From Balanoglossus misakiensis (taxonomy: Eukaryota > Animalia > Hemichordata): a stretch of 64,000 nucleotides of DNA. Both the position numbers and the translations under genes were made by a program. Location: positions 17,221,028 to 17,285,027 of the forward strand of contig CM082576.2 of the NCBI GenBank assembly GCA_040954595.2, in the 5' to 3' direction. Below the pieces are notes generated by a model. That model ran no database searches and was not told the origin of the DNA. It was given only the letters and a program-made list of their open reading frames with translations. Shown here in pieces: positions 24,250 to 35,710 of the stretch. The stretch's first letter is position 1, and the number at the start of each line of letters is the position of its first letter.

Positions 24250-27200
24250 CTAAAACATTCCCTCTAACTCGCGCATATCCACAAGAGCCCTGATGAACAC
24301 CACACCCCTTTCATATATTTTTCTCTGTTGATATCGAAGACATCGTAGAGGTTGGCAAAGAGAGGCGACCCGAACGGCACATTCATGTCGTCAACAGGTT
24401 CGGAGAAAGCAGCCGAGGACAGGTGGTCGCCTGGGCGAATGATGTCATCGATGTGGTGATCCATTCCACTCTGGTCCCATAAGGTCAATCTGACCTATAG
24501 CGGAGTAAGAAAAAATGAAAACAATGTAAATCTTACTGTACATTAGAACTTTTCTACTTCGTTTGATTGCAAGTTCGATACAGAAAACGTTTAGAAAGAC
24601 GTGCGTTTGTGTATACATGGCATGGCCATTCTGTGTGATTAATTTTTACATAATTATACTTCTTTTATTCGTGCATATAGCTACCCCATTCATTTTCTTG
24701 TTTTGCATTATTTATCATTATTATAATCTTGAGAATAATGCAAATTCTCTTTTTTGATTAACATTTTGATACATACGATCTAGTTTTGTTTCATTTAATT
24801 ACAGTATATTGTTTTCTTCACAAAATCTTGCTTTGGACTTTTGAAAAGCCCCAACTCACATTGCGACGAAATGGCCATTGTTGTAAGGGGTCGCACTCCC
24901 CTTTCATGACGACGAGGAAAAGTGACAGATGACTTCCGTCTCCGATATCGTAGCCGTTCAAGTGGAGCTTCAGACAAAGTTTAGGGCCGTGTCTGCCTGC
25001 GTAGAATGGTGGCGAATACAACACCTCTTCCCCGCCGCTGATGGCGTGCATACGTCTCAGGTCGAATTTGTCGATGCGCCACAAGAAGGTACCGTTGTAA
25101 GTCGTCTCTTCGACGTCCCGTAGTCTTCGGTCCAGGCCCTACATACGTCTGTGCTGGTCTTTCACCATGCGCAGCAACGCCGTTTTCTGTTCTTCAAATG
25201 TCGCCGCCTTCCGATCGAATGTTTCCCGAAGCTCGTTCGTCTCTCGAGACAGCTCTTCGAAGTTTTCTTGCAGCTCATTCACCTGTCGTTTCGCTTTCTC
25301 CGCCGCGTTCCTCGATTCGTTCCGTTCTGCCTCGAGGTCGTGAATCTTCGCTTTCAATTCGCGCAGCATGATGTCACTGACGGCGCTCTGGTTGGCGACC
25401 TCGTCCAGTTTTCTCTTGAACGAGGCGGCGCCCGACGCATCGACCTTCAGCTTGCTTTCGACTTCCCCGACCCTGGCGTCTGGATCTGCCAATTTCCTAA
25501 CCAGTGCCTCCCCTTCCAGCTCCGGCAGAACTGCTGGATTCGCCTTCACCAATTTATTCAACACATCGCCAATCTCGCCTATGATTTTCTTTTCTTCCGC
25601 AGCAATCTCGTGTTGCACCTGTGTCGTTTCAAATAAGTAAGGGACTGCTCAATTTTATTCGGCCTGGGGGCGGTGGATTCTATTTTGTGGATATCAAAAA
25701 GTGACTGACCCCCCCCCCCCTTGAACATGGACAAGTGAGTGACCACCCCCCCCCCCCATCACCCGATTCATCCAAAACAAGGTGCCCTCCCCATGAATCC
25801 ACCGCCCCAGGTCGAAGAAACTGACCCGTCCCTTTAGATTTAAAGCTTCATCAGCATCAGTTTTTGTGGCCGCAGCTTGATATTTACACATGCGCAGTGC
25901 ATATATGTCACAGTCAACGAAGCGAACGTGGTTGGCAAGAGAAGAGGCGTATGAATGAAAGTAAATCAAACAAAATGCAACAACTGCAGTGATATATGTC
26001 TACCCCGCCCCTCTCTCTCCGCGAAACATTTTATTTCAACAGTTTTATTTAGTGACCCTTCCTTTGTATGGTTGATAAAGAGTTTCTATAGTATTACCTT
26101 GATCGACTGTTTGGCTTCTTGGTGGAGGAGGCGAACATTTTCGTGTAAAACACAAATGTGGAGCTGAAATGACAAAAAAAAAAAAACCGTCTGTCATTTT
26201 CTCCGGTGCCTTGCTCGCAGCCTAGAGAATTGGGGTGCGATCATTAGTACCGTTTTGGCTCAGAAAAATTTCTCTTACATTTTGATTTGACCATTAAAAA
26301 GAGTGAGGCCGATATAGACGCAGATTTCTATTTTAGACGGACCGATCCTAACTAATTTTCCCGTGCTACAAGTATATGGCTGAATTTCTAGAATGCGCCT
26401 CGACAATCAAAGTCTCTTAAACATTTTCTCATATTTTACCCAGACAACTTTAGATAATTTCCTCTTAAAATTGGGACTAAACTTAATTAACTGTGCAAAC
26501 TTTATTTGGAAAGATGGAGCAAAATTGCTTGTATTTTGACATTGAAAATGAACGCACATCTGTGTGTAGGCCTAAATCGTAGACAACATTAAGCATGATC
26601 ATTCATATTTCTTCTTTGATGGTGCTTACCTCGAGTTCTCTTTTCGACATCTGCACTTTGCACCGTTCGCATTTTTTCACAGCCTCCATGCAATCGCTCT
26701 CCAGATGTTCCACCAAATCACATCGCCTGATCTCCTCGTCACATCCCGACTTAAAGCACGTGATTACATCCCTTCCCACGTCATCATCGGTGGACGAGGC
26801 CTAGCGAGGACGCATCGCGAAGAAGAAACAAAAATCATTCAACAACGTACGATGTGACCTGAACAGTCCGGTCAATATGCAGTCTGACCTCAAACAACAG
26901 AAATGCTTTCAGTGGTTTTGAGCTCGTATACCATTGCCTAACAACTCGTTAAAAGTATGAATATCTAAGCATATGAAATTACTTTTTTCGCATTCAACGC
27001 GAAGAATAGGGTTATCGTCAACGCAATAAAGAGCTTTTACATTCCTACAGTGCTGACGCTGGCTGCAAATTTCTGCGTATATAGCACAGCCATGAGTGGA
27101 AATGGGAAAGGAAGACGGTGTACTTCAAAAAATGTCACCTGGTCGGAGCCGTCTGCTTCAGTTGGTTTATCGTCATGATTCTGAACGCCAGATCCACACC

Positions 27201-27718
27201 TCAATGGGCAGCTCAGTTCGCCGTTGACCTGAACACTGGTAAAGGAAGATGATCGTTGTTTAATCTCCTTAAACGCACAGGCTGGGAAATAAAATGCGAG
27301 TTAGGCATGCATATAAAGCATTTCTTTCTTTGTTGTCTTTCAGCTGTCGTCATCCGCCTCTCCCATACGGTTTATGTAATGTTTTCCTTTGACAATATCT
27401 AAACCCAAAACGTTATTTTTTAAAATCTCTGAGATTGTTTTCATTCTGTTCCTATAAATTTGCTAAATGTAAAACACATTCGATAATAACAATTCTTGGA
27501 GAAGTTTGTCATAACTAGTTGTCTGTAGATTATTGCAATTTAAACCTGAAACATTACCCTCCTCCCGGCTATACTTACACTTACCCATCGATGCAGGTAT
27601 TACATAAGTAATGACTACCGCACGATGCCAAACGCATAAAAGAATAATCCATGAAAGTGTTATCACATTTATGACAACGCCACCTATCGACGACATCGCG
27701 TTCTTCTCGAGAAGTCAT
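24250..27718 (-). pseudogene. TNF receptor-associated factor (TRAF2/3/5-like: RING, zinc finger, coiled coil, MATH), disrupted by an in-frame TAG and a frameshift
   Basis: Phase-consistent GT-AG exons 27718-27585, 27235-27139, 26800-26630, 25618-24860, 24494-24250. RING CHKC..CGSHYLCNTC..CPLRC; ZF CFKSGC..LVEHLESDC..CERC; MATH TYNGTFLWRI..LYSPPFY..KLCLKLHLNG..SHLSLFLVVMKGE..QWPF..TLWDQ..MNVPFGSPLF. TAG at 25139-25141; 1-nt loss near 24305 (restored frame KGxVVFIRALVD). Confidence 0.9.
25640..25833. mobile_element. Small G/C-run-rich MITE (Harbinger-like) in a TRAF intron
   Basis: AGGGAC..GTCCCT ends next to TAA/TTA; internal tgacccccccc motifs shared with 17890-19275. Confidence 0.45.
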
Positions 27719-28449
27719 GCTTATTCTGGTCGGTCGATGTTGATCTGCGGGAGATGAAAGTAACGAGATTTGCTATTCATGAACTGGTAGTCAAACACCC
27801 TCCGCTAGACGATAGTTTAGAAGTGCAAAACATGCAACAAAGAATTTTATCCTTGAAACTTGTTACACGTACACATCGGCACCCCCAAATTAGACCCACG
27901 CTAAAGCCAGGTGTGAACATAGTGTTCCCAGGCTGTGTTCTGGAAATGTAATGGGTATGGTATAGTGGGTTGGTAGGGGTTTGAGCGGAACTTCCGTCCC
28001 CCGAGGGCGCGCTCCCTTGGGAGCGCCCCAAACGACGGATTTGCCAACACCGATATAACTCCATGACCTGCTTGGACAAGCAGCACGTCATCTGGACAAG
28101 ACTGACAGATGGCATGATTCAGCCCCCTTGTGCGGGCGCTCTGGCTTACCAGGTACAAGCCCAGGGTCATCGGCATTGCCGGAGCGCCCGCACAGGACTG
28201 AATCTTTCAGACATACGTCATCATGTCAAACTATATGAGTTAATTATGCAAATCATTACTACGAAATATACAGTTTCGCGGAATCGTGGGATTACAACGA
28301 ATTGTTTACTTGCTAATAGGCTTGTTGTTCACTCCACCAATGAGAAAGCTTAGTTTCCCCGCGTGATGCAGTCACGTGACGGGAATTCCAAGTATCAGGC
28401 TGAACTATGCAAGCAACAGTCTGGGTCGTCGCATTCGTAGGATGTCAGG

Positions 28450-31400
28450 CGTCGTACAGTGCGACATAAACAAAGAAGAAATTAAAATGTTCTAGTAAAG
28501 CAATTACAATCTGCAAAAAAAGCAATCTGTACATGAAGCTTAAGAACACATAGAGGTCTTCAACGAAAGCGAGGGTTTGGTTTTTTTGTTTTTCATACGT
28601 GTTCGAGATTTACATGTTGCAGACCCCCCCCCCCCCGAACTCAGTTGAAATGATGTGGGCCATGTGTATTTTTGGAATAAACCTGGAGTTTTCTTTCGTT
28701 TTGATTTCGAGGAAAAGGTACAGTGACATTCTTTATGCTGTATTTTCGCCGGAATGCCATATTGGCCTTCAGTTCAACGTGTCGACGTCTGCTACTCTGA
28801 AACGGACGTACAGTTGAACGTGACATTCATCGCTTCCGCGATTGGTATACATGTACTACAGTGTTCATCGCGCTTCGGAAACCTTTAAATTTTGCGCGCC
28901 GGTCGATTTGGCCTCATTTCTCATTTCATTTTCATTGTGTCCGGCACAGTTGCATATATTGGTAAGCTCGATTTTGCTTCTAAATACATGTTACTTGAAA
29001 CTTGACTGCCTCACTGAGTAGTGTCATATCTGGTATTTGATGTTTTTTTTTCAAGATATAGGCGTATATCTCTCAACTTGTCTAATCAGCTGGATAAGTG
29101 TGTCATGATCTACAGCATACACTGATGCCCTGTGCAGCTCTGGAAATTTCTTTCGTTTTTCCCCCAGCCATTTTACGAATCATTCATTGTGCGTTCTGGA
29201 TATTCTGACAGCATTGATTTCATTGTACACTTCAGCGCATACTTCCAACTGCAACAATAGCAATTGTCTGTGTATACATAGTGTGTTTAGGGACAATAGT
29301 ACGCGTGCATACCACACCTTGTGTAGACGCGCTTGATTTTATGTGCCACACTGTTAACAACATGATTTGTAACGGGTCTTTATCACATAAAGCAGTGAAG
29401 AGTTGGGTAGCTGGTTTAAGGTGACGCTTATCGCACACCGTCGTGGTGATCATCATAATTTATATCTGTTGGGCAGATGCACCTGGCGTGCGCCCTCTTT
29501 ATTTAGGCGTAAACGTTCTCATAAAAACATGGGGAAGTTTTGAAATGATACGGCGCAGAACACTGCCATGGACCGCAAATCTGTAATAACGTTGCTGTTG
29601 TTCCTACCATACCATTTTCGTTCATTAGACACGACCTACTCATGCGAATCGATGCTCCTGTCGTTTTATGGCAGACAGCAGGTCGTTCAGACGCAGTCTG
29701 CACGGCTTTGAATGAATATTTACCAGAAAAAATACAAACAATGAATTATATGTAAACAAAATAGGACTATCTCTCCCCCCCCCCCCCCGCACGTCCGAAA
29801 TAAACATTGGGAAGCCAACGCAGAGATGATGATCCGCTTTCATGGGCTCGTCGAGCTGAGAATGGGATACATGTATTGCTATTTTACGTCAATGAGACTT
29901 GCTGGTTGATTTTTAATTTAAAAAAAAAAAAACGTAAAAAAATGATTAATTGGAAGACAGTACAGAACATCAGTTTGGTTAAATCACGATAGTGCACGTG
30001 ACTCGTGCAATGCACGATGGTGCCGATGTAGTGCGGTATGTACTTGTAGGTCCTTCTTGCACTGCCACTGACAAGCGGCCAAGCCTACCCCACCATTGGT
30101 TCAAGCTCTGTTCCCGTCGTTTAATCAGCTCGAATATTGGGGTAATATTTGACAATACGCACATGTATAAAGATCACATCAAGAAAACTTGTCAATCAAT
30201 ATATTACCACTTTCGCCGTGTCGGACAAATCAGGAAATATCTTAAAAAAGCAACATGTCAAACAGTGATTAATGCTATTTTGGCAGCGAAACTCGACTAT
30301 GGCAATGCATTACTGTATGGTCTACCAGAAAGCAGTCTGAACCTTCTACAACGCACACAAAATACAGCTGCAGGAAGCAAAACTCGATCCAGGAAGTCTG
30401 TCCATATAAGGCCAGTTCTTCAACTTCTTCATTGGTTACCAGTTCGCTACAGGATCGAGTATAAGATTATTCTGCTCACATACTATATCCGCTATCTCAT
30501 TCGGACATATTCTCCTGGTCGCAGGCTTCGTTAAGCTAATAAGAGCCTTTTATGCACTACAATGTACACACGTTCATCATACGGTGGCAGAGCATTCTCT
30601 CATGCTGCACCGAAACTCTGGAACTCTCTGCCATCGCACAAGACATTCGTCAAGCTCCAAGTTTGCGCATCTTTAAGAAGAGACTGAAGACGCATTTTTT
30701 CACAAGAGCATATGGTGTGGGCCAATGAGCACAAGCGCCTTTGAGTATGACACTTGTTATAGATACTGGCGCTATACAAATTTCTCTGATTGATTGACCC
30801 ACGACGCTTGCTTGTCCTCATATTGAACGATAACCGGTGTGCGCGAACACGGTCAGTCCATGCCACAAACCACAATGGAAATGATAGTGAAGTAGGGCCC
30901 TAATATGTCGATTGGAGGAATGGTTTGTGTTTTTTTCATGCTATACTGTACACATGGTTTTTGCCAAGGCTTGCGGACGAGTGTGTGTGTTCCCGGCGTT
31001 GTGGTGGCCTAACGGCGCGAACACATGCACACACACCTGTACGCAGTGCCTGCAGGTTTTTGCCATGTACTACCTCCATAGTCTCGCCAATCGCCGTACT
31101 GTTGAGTCATTGAGCGAGTCTCAGCGATCGACCGATTTATAGGCTAGAGTTGGTCGGGGTAGGGATAGACTTGCTCCAGGTCCATGGGCGTCATTATCTC
31201 ATAATAAATACATTTCAGAAAATGTTGTTCCGAGTCTCTCTAATGTAGCGTGTGTGGCGACGGTAACTGATACCAGAAGCCAAGCTGCCCGAATGCGAAA
31301 CTCAGCTAAGTACCAGAAACTCGCTCAAAGCTAGGAAATACACGAAAGTATTGAGATAGAGATTAATATAAAGACAACAAATCACCAAGCAACTGGCGGC

Positions 31401-31700
31401 AACAACGAGGGTAGGGAGGCCCATGCCGTTTTGTGCGTTATCCTTCGGGGACATGGCGGTGGAGGCGGAGGAACGTAACCGCCGCGCTAAGTAAAGTCGA
31501 CACTGCACTACAGCCGACCGTTCACTAAAATGACGCAAATATGCAAAAGAAATGGGATTGCAATCGTATCACAGCATGGCAAAATCATGATGCCCCCCAC
31601 ACCTTCAAATTCAAATTCAAGTTAGGATTGTTGCGGAAGTCTAGTATTAAGCGAATGTCACAATACACATAAAGTATATACGTGATTCATCAAGAGATAT
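28450..31700 (+). pseudogene. Decayed TLR-like pseudogene, copy 2 (interrupted by L2)
   Basis: Paralog of 4620-7200; e.g. LYLGVNVLIKTWGSFEMI at 29497 (no stop here); TM-like TTSIVSPIAVLLS in ORF 30925-31113. Confidence 0.55.
30094..30797 (+). mobile_element. 5'-truncated L2-clade LINE with 3' UTR
   Basis: NIGVIFD..H..RVGQIRKYL..KLDYGNALLYGLP..LQRTQNTAA..LHWLPVRYRIEYKI; tail aagcgcctttgag..ggcgctatacaaat..(GATT)n; absent from the paralog at about 6290; short CCCAC duplication. Confidence 0.9.
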
Positions 31701-32089
31701 GATGCCAAGGCACGGTTCGCTGTGCACTGCGACGACGACTTTTTTTTACGCCGTTATCAGTAATTGTACTGTCTGTGACAACATGTGAACTACATTATTA
31801 GAACTTACCAAGTAGAATGGGAACTCAAAAACAGCCTGCCAGAATGCTAGTAATCTCCTTCGGCAAACACTCAGTCTCGACTTACTTTATAACTCAACGG
31901 CGATGGTGTGACGGTTACCATCAATTCTCTTCGTGAGCCAAATAAGTTCCTCGACTCGCCGGGGACGTGATGATCATAGGACACGCAGTGCCTAACGTGT
32001 ACTGTTGTGTCGGGGTGGGCGGAGATTCTGGCATCGGACGCGAAAGACGTTTCAGAAACATGAAATAACACACCTTGCAGACAGTTTTT

Positions 32090-32757
32090 AGCGAAAATTC
32101 AAAAATATTTAATAAATTCACGAGAAATAAGGTGTCCAGTTGACGTAACGTGGGCGAAACGTAGTCGCGCTGTGATGTGCCGGGGTTGTAATTTCGGCTT
32201 TTTCTTGGCCACACATCCACGGAGTCTGGCTCCTCTGTACAATCGAGATTTGATTGTGCTCATACTCAAAAGTTTCCCGGTGTCCTCATGAAACTTTAAT
32301 AGCGCGGAGGTCACGGGCCGTCTTGAATCTGTCCGTCAGACTTGATCTAATCAACATTCGGTCTTCCCGTCCAGATCGGTGTAAATTGTCCGTGCTACCA
32401 TTTTGAACAAGTTTCCGAATATTGTACCTGACGCTGCCTTCGGTGATTCCAAGCTGCCTTGCGATTTCCCTGTTCCTCAAACCTTGCCTATGCAGTGCCT
32501 CAATTTGACCTTTGATGCAAATAAGATGTTAATGAGTATACCGCCATTGCAATAACCATAGGATTTTCACTGGCCGGAAAACTGGCCGCGTATGCAATCA
32601 TATTCGGCGCGGCAACACAACTGCGTTGTCTAAAATGGGTTAAACCTTCCGTAGGTTATTTATTTTCGGAAATAAGTTACAGTCGATCGATTTTGTGAGT
32701 TTTTTTTCTTGTCAAACGTACATTTTCAAGGTGCGTAAATACTTATTGGCGGGTCTG
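32090..32757 (-). mobile_element. Tc1-family transposon relic (left end plus N-terminal transposase)
   Basis: REIARQLGI..SVRYNI..RSGR, EDRMLIR..DRFKTA, STIKSRL..LRGCVAKKKP..HITARLRFA; terminus TA|CAGACCCGCCAATAAGTATT. Confidence 0.85.
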
Positions 32758-32765
32758 TATGTTAA

Positions 32766-33260
32766 AGGCACGTAAGCTGTAACTTTTGGGATAATTTTCA
32801 TAATTTTTGTTTCAAACTGCACTACCATTAGACCATGCAGATGAAGGCAGTGAACTATACACAAGCATTATAAACCCTAAATATGAGTGCATATGCAAGT
32901 TTTAACCAGATAAATAATAAAGCTTTGCCGCAAGCGATTATGGCCGCCACCGTGGGAAAATGCAAGAAACAATGAAAATGTTGCATTTCAGGTTATGAAT
33001 CTTCATAAACAAAACATGATCTCATCCACTTGAGCTCATGGAAGTAAATGTACACCACTGAGACATCAGATTTTCATTTTTCATTGCAATATTGCACTTT
33101 TTTTTAAATTGCAGGAATTTTCGTTTTCGCTTTAATTTTTGGCCATTTTGTCATAAATAAGTGTTGAGCTTGATATATTATCATGAAATATCATTTAATA
33201 GACATAATTAAAAGCATACATGTATATGAGATTATTTATCCAGTTGCAGCTTACGTGCCT
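32766..33260. mobile_element. About 500-bp TTAA MITE (Kolobok/T2-like); copies at 59756-60259 and partial 23955-24095
   Basis: TTAA|AGGCACGTAAGCTG ... CAGCTTACGTGCCT|TTAA. Confidence 0.9.
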
Positions 33261-34905
33261 TTAATGAGGGAAAATACTTCAAACCATGTAGCCGTCGCGT
33301 AATAGGCCATTTTTTACTCGATATTATAGAGCTGTTTTCAGGCGATGTGGAATATTTTAAGACAAAACCGTGGATCACTTGAAGGTAGGTATACTGGATT
33401 GTTACTGAATGATTTTTTGGCAACTTCTGTCGTGTAGTTTCTTTGTAATCACGAAATTTCTGACGACTGTGAAAAAACACATACCGTTGACATCCTCTCG
33501 ATTATTGTTAAGCTTACCGTTACACATGGATTTTACCACGAAATTTCGAACTTTTATCAAAATATAGACATCAAACCCCCTCTCTAGGAGTTTTCATTCA
33601 CTTCCAAGCTTTCATAGTGACGATATGACCAGTTCAATTTTGTTTACCTATCAACCTGTGAGCGCCATTTTGTTTACTTTTCAACCCGTGAGCGCCACTT
33701 CTTCTGCAAAATGGCGGGAGAAGACAGCATTCATGTGTACGTATATACGTACGCTGACGCAGGCTTGATCTTGGGATTGAACCGGCTGCTTAGTTTTCCT
33801 TCCTCTCTCGTGCGAAGAAATTTTGATTGCTGTTATGTACTCCCGAGTTTTACTATACCCTAACAATTATTTTGTGAAAGTTTGCCCTTCAAGGAAACTC
33901 ACTTTTTTTTATTTTATTGTTCTTTCAGATTGATGAAGACTGATTTGTGTGGTGGTGGTGGTGGTGTTGCAGTTGACTGTTTTATTTTAGCTGTCTGAGT
34001 TGACAATTTATTCTGTATTTTGTTGTATTTTTTAACTCTTTATTTTGTATTTTGTAGTAGTATTTTGAACACTGTTTAATAAATAAATTACTATTATTAT
34101 TATTATTTATCGACCCAATGCAATGATGACAAATCGCTCGCCTTCAGACACAAATGTTGTATCTATTGCATATATCATCATCGAATAAAGGGAAGTGGTT
34201 TCGAAGTTACATTTGGCATTTTCGAAAAGTCTACTTATATCCCACGATACGGAGAAAAAAAAATACGTCAGCTGAGCTCCTCACACGTAGTCATGTAATT
34301 AAGTTAACACTTGGCTAATATGTTACCTTAGAGTGTTATACACTATCCAGTAACTTTTACTTGACAAGTGTCTTTTAAAAACTGTTTCCACCACGATAAA
34401 CGTGTCGTTTCACGAGCAACGCAACACTTCCGTATTTAGCCTAACATGGAGAGGTCAACGTAGGGCCTATACTTCCGGGTCATATCGTCGAAGTACATCG
34501 ATTATTATTAAGCTGGCCGTTACACAGGCATTTCGAATTAATTTCTTTTCACGGATGTTGGGACCGATATTAGACCTATCTGTCACGAAAACTTGGTTAA
34601 CTTCCGAGGTCGTCTTCAAATGATTTTTGGCACGTTTGTGGACGTCTCTTCCGAGGTCACCAACATACCACCGAAAACACGTTAAAAACTACTACTATAA
34701 CCGACAGATTCTCATAAAATTTACGTCTGCAGTGTAAAATGGGAATCACTTATGTAATTTATCGAGCTAGCATGGTATTTTATTGTACCACGGAGTGTAA
34801 AAACAAAGTTGAAAATCACCTTGAAAACTGGCCTATTGCCGTCTGTTTGAAAATGAGTACCGTGCGATCTGACTGCAACTAGACCATTATGGCGTATTAT
34901 AACAC

Positions 34906-35332
34906 TATCGCCAAAGCGAGAAGAGAGTCTGGGGACATGGCAGCAAAATGACGTAGCAAGATGGCGACTGCTGGAATTCGACTCCAGATCTGATTGGCTA
35001 GTTCCCCAATTTGACCCGGGTCACTAGCTAGCCTCAGCGGCGAAACACGTAATTTTAACACATACATCTGTCGTGAGTGTAGGCAGAAAATTCAAAGATG
35101 GCAAAACAACGTGTTTTCGTGTGAGCAGCTCAGAGAAAAGATCATTGGAGGATCTCAATCACTCAGCATTGCTAGCTAGTGACCCGGGTCAAATTGGGAA
35201 CTAGCCAATCAGATCCTGAGTCAAATTCCAGCAGTCGCCATCTTGCTTCACAGTCGTTTTGCTGCATGTCCCCAGACTCTCTTCTCGCTTTGGCGATAGC
35301 CCGCGCGAAGGAGTCTGGGTAACCGAGACTAT
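34906..35332. mobile_element. AcademH-like element of family A, left terminus deleted
   Basis: Internal sequence matches 830-1180 (inverted core); right end GGGTAACCGAGACTA intact. Confidence 0.75.
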
Positions 35333-35514
35333 AACGCACCATGCAGCGAACCCTCGATCGTGATTCGTCAATACGACGTCACGTGACCTTAGTCATTTCG
35401 AATTATAACACACCATGCAGCGAACCCTCGATCGTGATTCGTCAATACGGCGTCACGTGACCTTAGTCATTTCGAACTGTTGCCTTGGGCATCAGTTCGA
35501 TGGGTTTGGTGTGT

Positions 35515-35710
35515 TATAAAACACATGATGACTGACATATTCGGGCAACAGTGTATTTTTAATGACCTCGGGACTGCCAGTCACACCAAAACAGTCTGTT
35601 TTCCCTCGGGCTATGCCCTCGGGAAAACAAGACTGTTTTAGTTGTGACTAGCAGCACCCTCGGTCATCAAAATACACTGTTGCCCTCATTGTCAGCCATC
35701 ATGTGTATAC
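35515..35710. mobile_element. Foldback (palindromic) MITE
   Basis: Arms acacatgatgactgaca..ggcaacagtgtatttt / aaaatacactgttgccc..gtcagccatcatgtgt around a ccctcgggctatgccctcggg centre. Confidence 0.7.

Larger units (their letters stand above)
27394..32024 (+). repeat. Segmental duplication unit, right copy (pairs with 1-7715)
   Basis: Colinear identity; lacks the 401-492 and 784-4238 insertions and carries its own L2 insertion. Confidence 0.95.

Noticed and set aside
25151-25640. Plus-strand ORFs of 161 and 90 aa
   Set aside because: Antisense shadows of the GC-rich TRAF coiled-coil exon.
25850-25950. Extra TRAF zinc-finger exon (NHVRFVDCDIYALRMCKYQ)
   Set aside because: No AG acceptor in the required phase and no clear donor; the flanking exons already join in frame.
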